Positions 25,349 through 37,202 of a stretch of 64,000 bases of DNA are shown here, piece after piece (position 1 is the first letter of the stretch; every line of letters starts with the position of its first letter). Both the position numbers and the translations under genes were made by a program. The stretch covers positions 1,372,018 through 1,436,017 of the forward strand of contig MU004187.1 in the NCBI GenBank assembly GCA_010093605.1, read 5' to 3'. The DNA comes from Lophium mytilinum (lineage: Eukaryota). Under the pieces are notes generated by a model. That model was not told the origin of the DNA and did not search any database. It saw nothing but the letters and a program-made list of their open reading frames with translations.

Positions 25349-26443
25349 TCACAAGTCGATGTACTCCATGCCCTGAGCATGGTACCTCTCGCCAACCACA
25401 GGGTTCGATGACAGAATAGCCTCCACCGCCTTCATCTCATCGTCTGCGAGCGCCACTGCTGCAGCGTTCTCTCGCACACGCTCTGGAGATGCTGAACCAC
25501 CATCAGTACATCGGAAAGTGCAATTCAAACTTGAAACTTGCAGGTTCCAGGAATTGGGACAATAAGAGGCATCCCCGCCTGCTTTGAGAGCCCAAGAATT
25601 CACCCCAGAGCCACCTGTGCCGTCGTCAATCCCTTCTTCTCTGCAAGCGTCTCAACTTCCTTGACAAGCTGCAAGTTTTTCTTCATATTGTCAGGCTGGT
25701 ATCTTGGAAGCATGCGCCTATAGTCTCCTTCGGGGATGTCCTCGAAGTTGAGCATCTTGCCGGTCAGGAAGCCGCGGCCAAGAGGGCAATACCTAGAGTC
25801 TTTGGTCAGGTTAATACAATCACATCAAGTACGGCTTGGTTTTGACCTACGCAAATACGGGAATACCAAGCTCTTTACAGGTGCTAAGGACACCATTACT
25901 CAACGGATCCGTGTTCCAGAGGGACAGTTCGATCTCCACAGCGGAGACTTTCACAATCTTGGCCGCCTCACGAATGGTTGTCGCGTTGACCTCTGTCAAG
26001 GCTACGCTTCCAATCTTGCCCTCGTCCACCAGCTTCTTGAGCGTGTTCAACGTCGTCTCGATCGGAACGTTCATGTCCCGCCTGGCACATTCAAATATGT
26101 CAATCTTTCCTTTGTCGCCAAGCTGTGCAAGGCAATTCTCCACACTCTTGCGTACGAACTCAGGGGTCCCGTTTGGCGTCCAGTCTTCCAGGGCGCCTTT
26201 GACGTTCAGAAGGACGCGGTCCGCATACTCGGGATATTTGGCGAAGAAACGGTTGAGTATGACTAGGGAGTTGTAGGTTGGTGCACCGTAGAACTCGCCT
26301 GCGTTGCAGGCAAGACAGCCCACTTCGGCGGCTGTGCGAAGGCACTCGATTGCCTGGTCCGCGGTAGCTACTCTAGGAGGTTGGGTGAGGCTGAGCATGC
26401 CGTAGCCAACAGCGCCGATATTCTTGCCGAGAACAGTGACCAT
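25349..26443 (-). CDS. Aldo-keto reductase, pyridoxal reductase (Plr1/AKR8)-like
   Basis: IGAVGYGML; NAGEFYG..NRFFAKYPEYADRVLLNVKG; IDIFECAR; EIELSLW; YCPLGRGFLTG. Two introns. Confidence 0.88.
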
Positions 26444-27719
26444 ATTGTTGGCCTGAGTTGACGGATGGTCGGTTCGAAGTAAGTGGTTGTCTTCTTTGGT
26501 AAGTTAGAAGTAAGTGGCTATACTCTGAGGTGAGTCCAAGGGTCTTTATGAGGCTGAAGCGGGAATTTAAGACATAAAGTGACGATAAGTCCGTGAATTC
26601 AAACAGCTCTGATCGTACATACATCGTACATAGTCGTACATAGGGGAAGAGCGACTATATAGGACCCAAGAGAAAGTTACGTATAGCATACCACTCGGAC
26701 TTAACGTCGGAAACGGTGCGAACTAAAGGTAGGGTATCCACCAGGCGTATCGTGGTACGCCTATACGCTTATACGCTTATACGCTTCTCCGCATGCTATG
26801 CACCGGCCAACCGTAACACCAGACTCTCATCCTCAAATCTGATAGCGGATCTACGCTCCTTGCCAGATCAATGTGTCGTACGTTTTCTGCCGTAGGACTG
26901 GTGCTTATCCAATGGTTATTAGACCACTCACTAATGGTCACAGCGTCGATGTTATGTTCAGTCCCCTGTTCAGCAAAGGAGGCACGCGCTGCAAGCTCAT
27001 GTTCCTATTTTGGTATTCCGAGAAATCTCTCTATCGATACGTTGGCGGCGAAGGTTATGGGTGGCAAGTAGTTCTGGAAATTCAAGGAGGTCGGTGCCGC
27101 TGAACTGTCAGTCCAAGCGCACTGACCGAGGGGGGTTTCTCAAAAGAATCGCTGAAACAATGGGTTGGGCTTAAATTGAGCTCGTTCTTAGTAGCATGTA
27201 TAGCTCAATGCGTATCCTAGTCTGGTTAGGATCCGTCAAAGCGACGAAGTTGGAACGTTTCCTGTTTTGGTATCGAGCGCAAGCTGAAATACTACACTCC
27301 TCGCCAACAGCGACTAAACGCCTTTTATAGAGTACACTGATTCCGCGATATTGTGCTCTAGAAGACCATATGCTTCGGAGCGGCAATGTGCTACCCGAGC
27401 ACTAATGATTCGGACCGTGTCAAACTGCACATCCGACGTGGTAGGAAACGCATAGCTTCCCCGCATGAAGAAAACAACCTACCTGTCAGCCTACCTCAAA
27501 TGACAGGCCTGCAAATTTACACTTATGATAATACGGAGATGAACCCCGCTTTAGCTTGCCGTCGATATTATCAGAATACAGCAACATCTCGCAATCTGAG
27601 CTCAGTATCCAGGAATTACCAGACTAGCTTGGCTGTCTCGCAAACACCCTTTCCTTATAATATTTTAACCTTCCATAGTGTTGAGAGAGTTTAGAAGCGG
27701 GGCTTTCTTAGTTACTGCG

Positions 27720-29668
27720 ATGTCTTCTCCAGTCGAGATCCCCGTCGCCATCATTGGCGGTGGAAGCTGTGGTCTCAATCTCTCCATTTTCCTCTCTGAC
27801 CATCAAGTCGACCATGTCCTTTTCGAGCGCCATCCAGGGACATCGATCCTTCCCAAAGCCCACTACCTCAACCAGCGTTCTATGGAGGTATGGCGTCAGC
27901 ACGGCGTAGAAAAGGCGATCATGGAAGCAGGGTCCCCACAAAGAAACATGAGCCGCATGGACTGGAGGACGTCTCTAGGCGGCTCTGAGCCTTACGATGG
28001 CCAGAAGGTCGGGACTTCTCACTGCTTTGGGGGCGATCCTTACTCAGAAGCCTATGAGATTTACAGGTATAGCAGACTTTCGTTGTATCTATAGTCAGCC
28101 TTGCCAATGCTTTTCAGGAGAGATTCCCCATCTTCGCCCAGCAACCTTCCGCTTATTAGGTCCGAGCCTATCTTCCGTAAAATCGCCGAGGAGCGGAATC
28201 CAGGCCATATCTTGTTCAGCCACACTGTTCTAGACTTTGAAGACAAAGGCGACTTCGTTGTACTAACGGTCGAGGATGCCGCGGGAAAGCCAGTTCAATA
28301 CAAGACTAAGTATGTCGTTGGTGCTGACGGGGGAAAAACCGTGGGCCCCAAGATTGGAATAGAAATGGAGGGCCCTACTAACTTAGTGAACATCGTGAGC
28401 ACGCATTTTCGAGCAGATCTCTCGAAATACTGGGACGGTAAGTGTCCAGCCCTGCATGCCCTGTCTAAAACGAGTAGACTAGGAGCTGACTGCAAGACGC
28501 AGATCGAGTACTGATAACGCACTTTGCCAATCCTGACGGCGAGTCCATGGCGAACTTCAATTTCGGCGCTTTGGTGCAAATGGGTCCAACCTGGGGCAGA
28601 CACTCAGAAGAATGGGCGCTGTACTTCGGCTTTCGCGTTGGCGACCCCCAGCACTTTGCCCCTGACACTCTTATCCCGCGAATTCGTGAGCTTCTCAAGT
28701 TGCCGGACCTCGAAATAGAAGTCCTGCACATCAGCCACTGGGTCCTTGACCGCGTTCTCGCAAGCAAGTATCGCGAAGGCCGTATCTTCGTAGCTGGCGA
28801 TGCCGCCCACCGTCATCCTCCAGCTAGCGGCCTCGGCCTCAATACTGCGATCCAGGACGCGCACAACATTGCTTGGAAGCTAGCAGCTGTGCTCAAAGGG
28901 AAGGCGGCGCCAGAACTGCTCGATTCTTACGAGGCTGAGCGCCGTCCCGTCGGGCGTCGTAACTGCGACTGGGCGCTACTCACCTTTCGACATATCAACG
29001 TGCTTAACGCAGCCATTGGAATTGTTCCGGGAAATAAAGAGGCGAATGTGGCAAGGTTTAAGAGTTTGTTTGAGGATACGCCGTGGGCTAGAACCGAGCT
29101 GGCACAGATTCAGCGCGCTATCGATTTGCACGACATCGAACTCTCAGCGCATGACATAGAGCTAGGATATGTTTATGAGAGTAGAGCAGTGGTGGGCGAT
29201 GGTTCCTGGAGGCCAGAGAGTGACCCAACTGGCAGAAAGTACGTGCCAACAACGAGGCCGGGCCATAGGCTGCCACACGTATGGCTGGAAAAGGATAAAG
29301 TAGTGCTTTCCACCCATGACCTAGTGGGGGCAGGCAACGCGGATTTCTTGCTCATTACAGATGAGCACGGCGAGAGTTGGGTGAAGGTTGCAGAGAGTGT
29401 AAACAAGACGTCAAAGATACGTATTGCTATCGCGCAGGTTGCATCTCGGATTCAAGTCAGAGATCCGAAGCTTTTCGAGGATCGTGATGGTCAGTGGGTA
29501 TTGCGAAGGCAGATTGATAATGGTGGAGCTATCCTGGTGAGGCCGGATAACACTGTAGCTTGGCGCAGTATCCAGTCTAGCAAAGCGGGCGGGAAAGAGC
29601 TGTTGGCTGCTATTGATCTGGTTCTGGGGGAAAGTGACGCAGCTGCAAGTACTAGAGAAGAAAAATAA
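27720..29668 (+). CDS. FAD-dependent aromatic monooxygenase (PheA/TfdB, 2,4-dichlorophenol hydroxylase-like)
   Basis: VAIIGGGSCGL; LPKAHYLNQRSME; VVGADGG; RIFVAGDAAHRHPPASGLGLNTAIQDAHN; YEAERRP; RPGHRLPHVWL; LVRPD. Two introns. Confidence 0.92.
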
Positions 29669-29873
29669 GAGAAATGCTATCGTACTCGGTAATATACACC
29701 AATACACAGCGCTACCTGAACAGCATCGAGCCCGGAATATGCTGGAAATCTTTCCTTGACTTCCAGATTCAGTCAATGACGGCGGCACATGATTGAATGG
29801 GCCCGAGTAGTGGGCAGATGTAATTGGTAAATTAGCTCACCCTCCTTTCCCCCTTCTTCAATTGTGATTGCCC

Positions 29874-31352
29874 TCAGAAGGCTGGCGGAATCGACGGCCC
29901 ATAGATTTTTCTCTGCTCCATAGCACGATCTTCCATCGTTTTCTCTCGCCCTAGTCCATCGTTCTCTTCGCTCTTTTGAGTAGCCGGCCGCTGGAAGCGT
30001 GTCTCAGACTCCTCTTCCGAAAGTATAGACGGAGCTTCCAGATCCTGAGGCCTAATTTCTTCAAATCTCTCAAGCACGAAAGCCATTTGACATGCCCGGA
30101 CATGTGCGAGAGTGGAGACAACGTTCCCCACTATCCACCACGAGAACAGAATAGGCAAAGCACGATAGAGCCGATTATTAGCTCCGCCTGTCCAGATGGT
30201 AACTAAAACCAGATAACTGTTGTGGCTGGGCAAACAGATACCCCAGTGGTAAAACCCCGGCTGAAGTTCAAGTGGACTAACTGTAGTAGCGATATTTATG
30301 AATATCCAGATCAGTATAATGAATGGCATAACCGGTAGAGGAAGAACAGCTGCAAACGCGTCTAGGATATTAAGATGGATGTGCATTAAGAGCCAAAGAG
30401 TCATCCAGGTGAGGACGAATTGGACGCCGTTGACGTCCCAGCTTTCCCGGAAGGCCCAGTAGTAGCCGGATTGCCCAAGCGAGGCGCCTAGGGTATATAT
30501 GATGCCAGCAAATCTGCGAACTATGGTGCTGGATCGGATGGTCATTTTGCTATAGACTTGATGTTGACGGCAGACTCCGTTCAAGACCAGCAGGAAGAAG
30601 AACTGTTGGAGGGCAGGCATGGCCATCGAGACGGTGCTAAAGAAAACGCTAGCGCCTTTCGGGTCTGGATGAATGTCCCCCTCCGCTGCTTGAATGGGGT
30701 TTAGGAAAGCCTGGATCGCGGCTGGATCGGATCGCGCTACGTATGGAAAGGCTTGGGTCCCGTTGATCTTCACGTATGCGACCCCGACAGCTACCACGAG
30801 CTCTTGAAGACTTGCTTGAACCACAGACTCTGCGAAAGTCGTGTAGTACTCTTGATTCCACACATAAGACAATGCTTTGGTAGTATTGTAAGAGCTTGCC
30901 GCCAGGCCCCCTTGGAAGGCTGCTTCTAGCCGACTGGAGGCGTTTTCGGTGGTATATACGGCGCCCCGGAACCTTCCTCTCCGAACGCTCGCGTATATAT
31001 CCTCCGGAGTCGGATAGTCGTCTGGTGAATGAAAATAGATCGTGGGAAAGGTTGGTCCTTGTAGCTCTTTGTATGCAGTGGAGAGGGCCTGGGAGATAAC
31101 GCCTTCGTCATATTGGACAGCAAGAACATGCATGTTCTCATGTCTAAAGCTTGATCTGTATAATGTGCCGTAAAGGTAGGAGCAGCAGACCAAGAACAGT
31201 ACCATCATAGCAACGCCTCCGGCAGCTGTTTGTACAAAGAACTTCGTTCGGATACCCTTCCAATAGTCGTCTTTATAGGGGGTACGGTTGCGTTTGTTGA
31301 TGGTTGGCAGGTCCCAGATATGCCAGAACTTGAGGAAGGTGATATCTAACAT
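29874..31352 (-). CDS. SNG1: SNG1-family (DUF3533) multi-pass membrane protein
   Basis: 492-aa intronless ORF: one N-terminal TM helix (YLYGTLY), lumenal domain, then ~6 TM helices with SPLELQPGFYHWG..LP.HN..IW.GG..RALPILFSW. Confidence 0.8.
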   Translation of the reverse strand: MLDITFLKFWHIWDLPTINKRNRTPYKDDYWKGIRTKFFVQTAAGGVAMMVLFLVCCSYLYGTLYRSSFRHENMHVLAVQYDEGVISQALSTAYKELQGPTFPTIYFHSPDDYPTPEDIYASVRRGRFRGAVYTTENASSRLEAAFQGGLAASSYNTTKALSYVWNQEYYTTFAESVVQASLQELVVAVGVAYVKINGTQAFPYVARSDPAAIQAFLNPIQAAEGDIHPDPKGASVFFSTVSMAMPALQQFFFLLVLNGVCRQHQVYSKMTIRSSTIVRRFAGIIYTLGASLGQSGYYWAFRESWDVNGVQFVLTWMTLWLLMHIHLNILDAFAAVLPLPVMPFIILIWIFINIATTVSPLELQPGFYHWGICLPSHNSYLVLVTIWTGGANNRLYRALPILFSWWIVGNVVSTLAHVRACQMAFVLERFEEIRPQDLEAPSILSEEESETRFQRPATQKSEENDGLGREKTMEDRAMEQRKIYGPSIPPAF

Positions 31353-32187
31353 GGCGCGGGTTTAGGTTGGAGCTATGAAGAGGGAGATATAATCCGAACG
31401 AAAATAGAAGTCAGGATGGACAAGCGTAATAGCGATGAGAATTTTGGAACTGAGATGAACCTAGGAATGGCTTCAAAGAAAGAGCATTGGACTACTTAAA
31501 GTGCTCATCCACGATGCCTGCTGTATCGTGAGCGGTATGTCGGACATTTTTAGGACGCGAGGACACTGAGCCACTATCGGCGAAATGAGGATAATTTACT
31601 CGGCCGATGAAGCGAGGTCAACAATTTCGTGAGTAGTGACATGTCGGCGGGGCTGAAGGAGGTTCCGATAAGCGTCGTCGGGCTGAAAGTGGCATGTCAA
31701 GTGGCATCGCCATGTCTACGACATTTGAAGGAGTTTTGTAGTCTAGCGGCCGGAGTGTCGGCGAAAGCGAAGTCTACATGCTTGGATATCTCGCCACTTC
31801 AATGTGCCTACTCCGTACCTTGCTATGCGTCGATCGTTGCCGATTTGCTTTCACCCGTAGCTCGAAGGAATCCATTTGAAGCTGTTGACTAAGCCTTTTA
31901 ACCTTTTTCAACTCTCGAATTCACAGCAGTCCACCGAGGAACTCCGAACTAGGACTGAAGTATATTCAATAGAACAGTACTTGAGTAAATGATGCCAGAA
32001 ACCCAGGCTCATCAGCGCGTCTCCAAACCCAATGAAGCGACCTCTGCCTAGAGTCTGCTGTATAGTTGGCATGGACGTGTAAGATATAATGTCGTAGAGA
32101 AGAGAAAGTGAGATATTAGGAGGGACACAGCGCTGTAAAGGAAGGCAAACGCCTCCAACTCGATCAACCCAGGCTATACCATACCAC

Positions 32188-32616
32188 TCATTCGATCTCA
32201 ACGGTGCCAGAGTCTCGCCGATCGTATCGCCTTGCTTGCTCCTGTCGGATCCTCAATCTCTCCGCTTCGCAGGGCTCGCAGCTGGCGCGTATCCAGCCGC
32301 CTCTTGCACTCTGTACCCCAGGCCCACCACACTTCTCGCACGTGCGAGAGCTTTCTTGTACTGATTGGTAGATGGCATCTTGGATGGCGTTATTCGTGTT
32401 GGATATGTAGACTCGAAGCAGTCCAAACTTCTCCTTCACTTCAGACACGGTGAATTCGCTAGGTTCTAGGGACGCGGAGGCGACGATGTTGCTGATGCTG
32501 ATTGAAAGACGGCGAATGATTTCATACCATCCGTCTCCGTTTTGAAAACCCCAGGACATGCATTTATAGAGGACGGGGAAGTCATGGTAAAGAGCTTGAG
32601 TCAAGTCGTCGCGCAT
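32188..32616 (-). CDS. Small intronless protein with C-terminal CxxC...CxxC motif, resembling a bacterial/phage hypothetical family
   Basis: GFQNGDGWYEII...VKEKFGLLRVY...SSRTCEKCGGPG...GGWIRASCEPC; ATG at 32616 (142 aa); divergent from URB1. Confidence 0.7.
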   Translation of the reverse strand: MRDDLTQALYHDFPVLYKCMSWGFQNGDGWYEIIRRLSISISNIVASASLEPSEFTVSEVKEKFGLLRVYISNTNNAIQDAIYQSVQESSRTCEKCGGPGVQSARGGWIRASCEPCEAERLRIRQEQARRYDRRDSGTVEIE

Positions 32617-32957
32617 TTTGAGTGATGCTTGTAAGATGTGAGGTTTTCCGGGAGAAGAACGGGATGTGTCTCCCAACCGGCCGCAGGCGCAAAGCTCTTA
32701 TTATATGGCATTTTCGGATGACACGGTGGAGCCAGCTGGAAGCCGCCTTACCGGTTTGTCGTGGCTGTGATTTCGTCTGACAGGTTGACCTGGTGATTGA
32801 GGAGGTATTGACCGCCTCGATGCCCGTGAGGCAGACAGACTCTCCGAGGGCTTGGCGGCGGGGATGTTCTCGGGCGGAAACTTTTCGCGACGAAATTTTG
32901 AGCTTCAACATCAACAACACCAACAGCACGCGCATTGCTGCGGACCATGTACTGAAT

Positions 32958-35900
32958 ATGAGCAAGCGAACTGCAGTTGATGCGAAAGTACGAGGGGGTT
33001 CCGACGAGCGCCACCTGAAGCGCCAAAGAGTCGAGGATCCCGCCGCCAAACACAATCCCAAACCGCAGCCTGTCGAAGTCGCATCGGGACGAGAGCTTCA
33101 GAAGCTGCTGGTGTTCTCGCAAGACACGGCTGCCGAGCTTAGAAATGGTCAGCGTTTCTTGGAGGCGGCTACAATTGTCCTCTGTACTAAACCCAAACAG
33201 GCGTCTTCACCTTTAAAACCCTCCTCGACGCGATCCTATACCCCACCGATGAGTCTGATCTGCCCCGCAAACGGGGCATCCTACGTGAATACCTGGACTT
33301 AAACAAGCCAAAGGAAGCTACAGGCCATGATTCCACCTTCCTGCCCGCAATCATGCAAGGATGGTCCTACGCCTCAGAAACCAGTTTCGATCAACTGCTC
33401 TCAGGCATCACAGCCGTGCTCGCCCTTCTATTAAGAGTTTTAAACAAGGACTTGGATCTGAGAGAATATGGTTTAAGCCTGTGCAAGACTATACTACACC
33501 CATCCCACGCAAGACTCTTCAATCGAAGTCTTAGTGCCATTTCCACGAAGGAACATATCATCGCACCTAGCCTACGTCTACTAACGGAAGTCATTTCATT
33601 CGATGGTGGTGCACTAGCTAGACAAGTCTTTCTGAAAAGGGACTTTGTCCTCGATGCAAAAGTCTTAGCAAGGAATCTCAGCCTTGCAAAAGACGATTCG
33701 CATGGCAATCAAGATGCTCGGCGGCCTGCTATCCGAACAAATGCTGCGCGGTACCTGTTGCAAAACTTCAAGCATCAAGATGAAGCTGCCAAAACTGACC
33801 TCCTGAAGCAAGGGAACGTCGTGAGAGCGTTGTTCCAATACCTGTGGACCGATCCCCCGACATTAGCCGTGGAGATCTTAGATGTCATTAAGAATCATAT
33901 TTTGCTGGACAAGTCCATATCACGTAAAAGCAAGGCGCACGTCTTAACTGATAGAAACCTCGCAAGCATTGCGAGCTTATACAAGTCGCAGCCGCCTGCG
34001 GAACCTCTACCAGATCGGCAAAAGCTTCCGGACGTCGCAGCTCACGAATTCTTACTTCTTGCCTGTACCACTACTGAGATGGGCATTATGCTTCCTTCAT
34101 TTGGTTGGTATCCTCCCGGTATGGAGAAGGATGACTACGAGGAGTTCATCGGTGAGAAGGCTGGAGCTATAATTGACGTAGGGCTGGAATCGACAGAGCG
34201 GTTTAGCAAGAAGGTGCCAATACGGAATACCATACTTGCAGATTTTGCTCAAGGACTTCGGCCCTACGCAAACGTGCTAGAGCAAGAGCTTGTGACTGCT
34301 ATATTCAAGTCATCTCCGGAATTAGTGGCAGATTATTTCGTCAAGAAAGCATCTTTTGCGTTTGACCCGAAGCTCACTTCGACCTGGATTGGATATTCGG
34401 CTTTTTTATACTCTACTATCGAACTCCCAGTTCCAAAGTTTCTAGGTCGCAAGTCTGAATACGGAAACACGCCACCGCCGGTCTCAATTGCAATCGAAAG
34501 TCTGTTACCTCGGCCACTCTCGCAAGCAGTCCTCTCGCGATGCATGAATCAAAGCTCCTCTCTCGTCTCATTTTTTGCCTTGCGGATCCTGATCGTTGCA
34601 TTTCAAAAGCTGGGGAATACCCTAGAAGAGTTCAAACGTGCTTCAGGGGTATCAGGCGGATCATGGGACCAGGCATCCCAGCAACTTCATACCGTCTTCT
34701 GCCAGCGATGTCCACAGATGAGTGTGGTAATATCTCTATTTCGGAAGACATCATCTAGCGACGTTTTGCAGCGAGAAGCTGTCACGCGACTCTTGAGACT
34801 GTACTACGAGGTCTTACCTCAGGTTGCTTTAGAAGAGAAGTTCGATGTTTCGGTACCTCTGTGCAAGGCACTGGCTGGCGGAGACGTTGGAGAGGAGTCA
34901 GCAGAGGACCGGTATCTGCGCGTCTTGGAACTAGAGCACCTCGTCCAAATTTCACGGCATTCTCCAAACATGCGGTGGTGGCAGAAACCTGGTATGTGTA
35001 ACTTTCTCCTGTGAGAGTTTGCCTAATTGTCTTAGAATCTCTCGGCTATTCGCCTTTCATGTCTCTGCTCAAGCTTACTGCAGACACTGCCAATGGCGGC
35101 TCGTACGAAGGCATCAAGAGTCTGCTTACAGGAATCATTCGAGACCATGGATTCCTTCAATTGGAGACGCAGCCATCTGCTCTTGATGCACTTATCGCGA
35201 GTCTCCAGGCTTCCACAGATTTTGCCACGGGCGTCCAGCTAGAATTCCTCGATGAATGCTGCAACCGCTTTATCAAAAAGCCGATCAAATACCAAGACGA
35301 TTTTGATGCCCTGGCAACTCTGGAGCCGTCTCTTACTCCACATGGTCCCTTTAGTATCATTCTACTGACAATGATAGAGCAATGGGCATATAAGCTCAAA
35401 GCTCAATCCGCTCAAGACGACGTGGCAGTCATTGGGCATTGGCTGCCCAAGTTCCTTTATCTTCTAAAGAAGATTGGGGAGGATGACGGCCTACTTCGTC
35501 TTACTGTAGACGCTTTCGGCAACGCTTCAGATAAGGCCAGCCAGAAAGCGTTCAACGATTGTCTCCGTGTTGAGAATAACGAATGGGCGGATAAGTTCCT
35601 CTTAGTAGGGTCAACGACAAGCACCGACGAGGCTATGGTGACGTCTCTAGACGCTCTCACAACGTCGGACCAATTAGCACCGGTAGATCTAGAGCTTCCG
35701 CCAAAAGAAGACCAGAATCACCCTGGCCTCGACCGGTGGCGGCGCAAGGATCTAGAGGAGATCTTAGAGGACAGAGACGTAGGAGAATTACTGCTTTGCC
35801 TTTGCTCGCAGCATGTGGGGATCCGGCTGCAGGCAGTCACCAACATAAAGCAGCTGATTGCTAAAATAGAGGTATGGTAACAAAATGTTCTTGAGACTTC

Positions 35901-36637
35901 ATTGTTTGACTAACGGTGTGCAGGCCGCCGAGAATCCAGATCTCGACCAGCTGGATTTACTCCTCCACGAGGTTGTCGAAACAAGCAAAGGAGTGGCACA
36001 CGCGCCTCTCTCTTATGTAGCTGGGGTTTTCGCCGTTCACGTTGTCACCATTTTAGCTGACCCGACGCACTACATGTTCCCGAAAGTTAACAAGTTCCTC
36101 AACAAGGGGCCATCCTGGGTTGTTGGGAAGATTCCGTCTTATTTTGCGGAGAACACTCTTCGCGGTGAGCCAGAAGAAGACGATGGCTACTACAGAGAAG
36201 TCAACTGGCTCTTGGACTTTTTTATAGACGCACTGCGCACAGCTGAGGTAGGCCATCTCCCCTCAATATTCCTGTAAAGAACGTGAATTGATGTGGAGAA
36301 GGACATGGAAATTTTCCGGGCGAAAAACATCTTTGAACGTGTTCTAGGGTTTTATTCGACCCCTGGTTGTGGTTTCAGAACGAAGGAGAAGATCCTCAGG
36401 CTTTTGTTCCGCGCAGCAGCTGTGGGAGGTAGCACGACATTGATCACACGTTCGGGCGTGCTGAGCTGGATACAAGGACAAGTGGCGCTCAAAGATGGTC
36501 ACCAATCGATGCTCAGACAGCTTGCATTGCGTGTATGGAAGACTTCAGACCAGCAAAAGGTGAATGAATGGAGCAGTGGGAGCGCGCAAACCACGGTGGA
36601 GCAGCTCGCTCGTGGCCAAGAAGAGAGAGACTCTTGA
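32958..36637 (+). CDS. URB1: Nucleolar pre-ribosomal-associated protein 1 (Urb1/Npa1)
   Basis: Large helical protein with QGWSYA, PSLRLLTEVISFDGG, SPELVADYF..FDPKLTSTWIG, DPTHYMFPKVNKFL, GGSTTLITRSGVLSWI; four introns. Confidence 0.88.
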
Positions 36638-36887
36638 GGAGTCGCGACACGTCAAATCCTCACAGTCTCATGTAGAAATATAGTAACCGACTTTGCGGCT
36701 GGAGCTGGATATTACGCTACTCTTCGTATCGATCGATGGATTCCGGGCTGACGATTAGCGCTTGCGGGCGCAGGACGACGGCTTGAATCAGCACTTCCAG
36801 AGTCGAAGTCGGTATCGCGGTTTGCTTCTTAAAGATTCGAAAACGTCGATTGTAGGTTATTTATCAGAGAGGAATCCAACCTTGCGA

Positions 36888-37202
36888 TTAAGCCTTGAAC
36901 AGTATCCAGCCCATTGTTTCAACACAGAACACTAGTTGCCGCTCCAAGTCTTCTGGGGCGCCGGCGAGTGGCCCGGATACCCAATATTGCGCCGTAGGAT
37001 TGTATTCGGGGGCACCATATCCCTCTGGCAGAGGTACGCCAGGCTTTTGCTCGCCTTTTCGGATATCGTTGGAGGCCTTAACCCTATCTTGTAATCTCTT
37101 CTTCTGCTCTGCCCGTCGTGTGCAAAGGACCTGTTCTTCTCTTAGGCGCCTCTCCCTTTCTCGTTCTGCTTCGGGACCCTTGTAAGGTTCGTTGAGAGGC
37201 AT
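36888..37202 (-). CDS. Small hypothetical protein (104 aa, charged N-terminal helix)
   Basis: ATG in CAACATGC context, natural-looking composition; no recognised domain. Confidence 0.4.
   Translation of the reverse strand: MPLNEPYKGPEAERERERRLREEQVLCTRRAEQKKRLQDRVKASNDIRKGEQKPGVPLPEGYGAPEYNPTAQYWVSGPLAGAPEDLERQLVFCVETMGWILFKA

Noticed and set aside
32881..32903. PAC/RRPE-like GCGACGAAATTTT upstream of URB1
   Set aside because: Plausible for a ribosome-biogenesis gene, but the match is imperfect and cannot be supported without conservation data.
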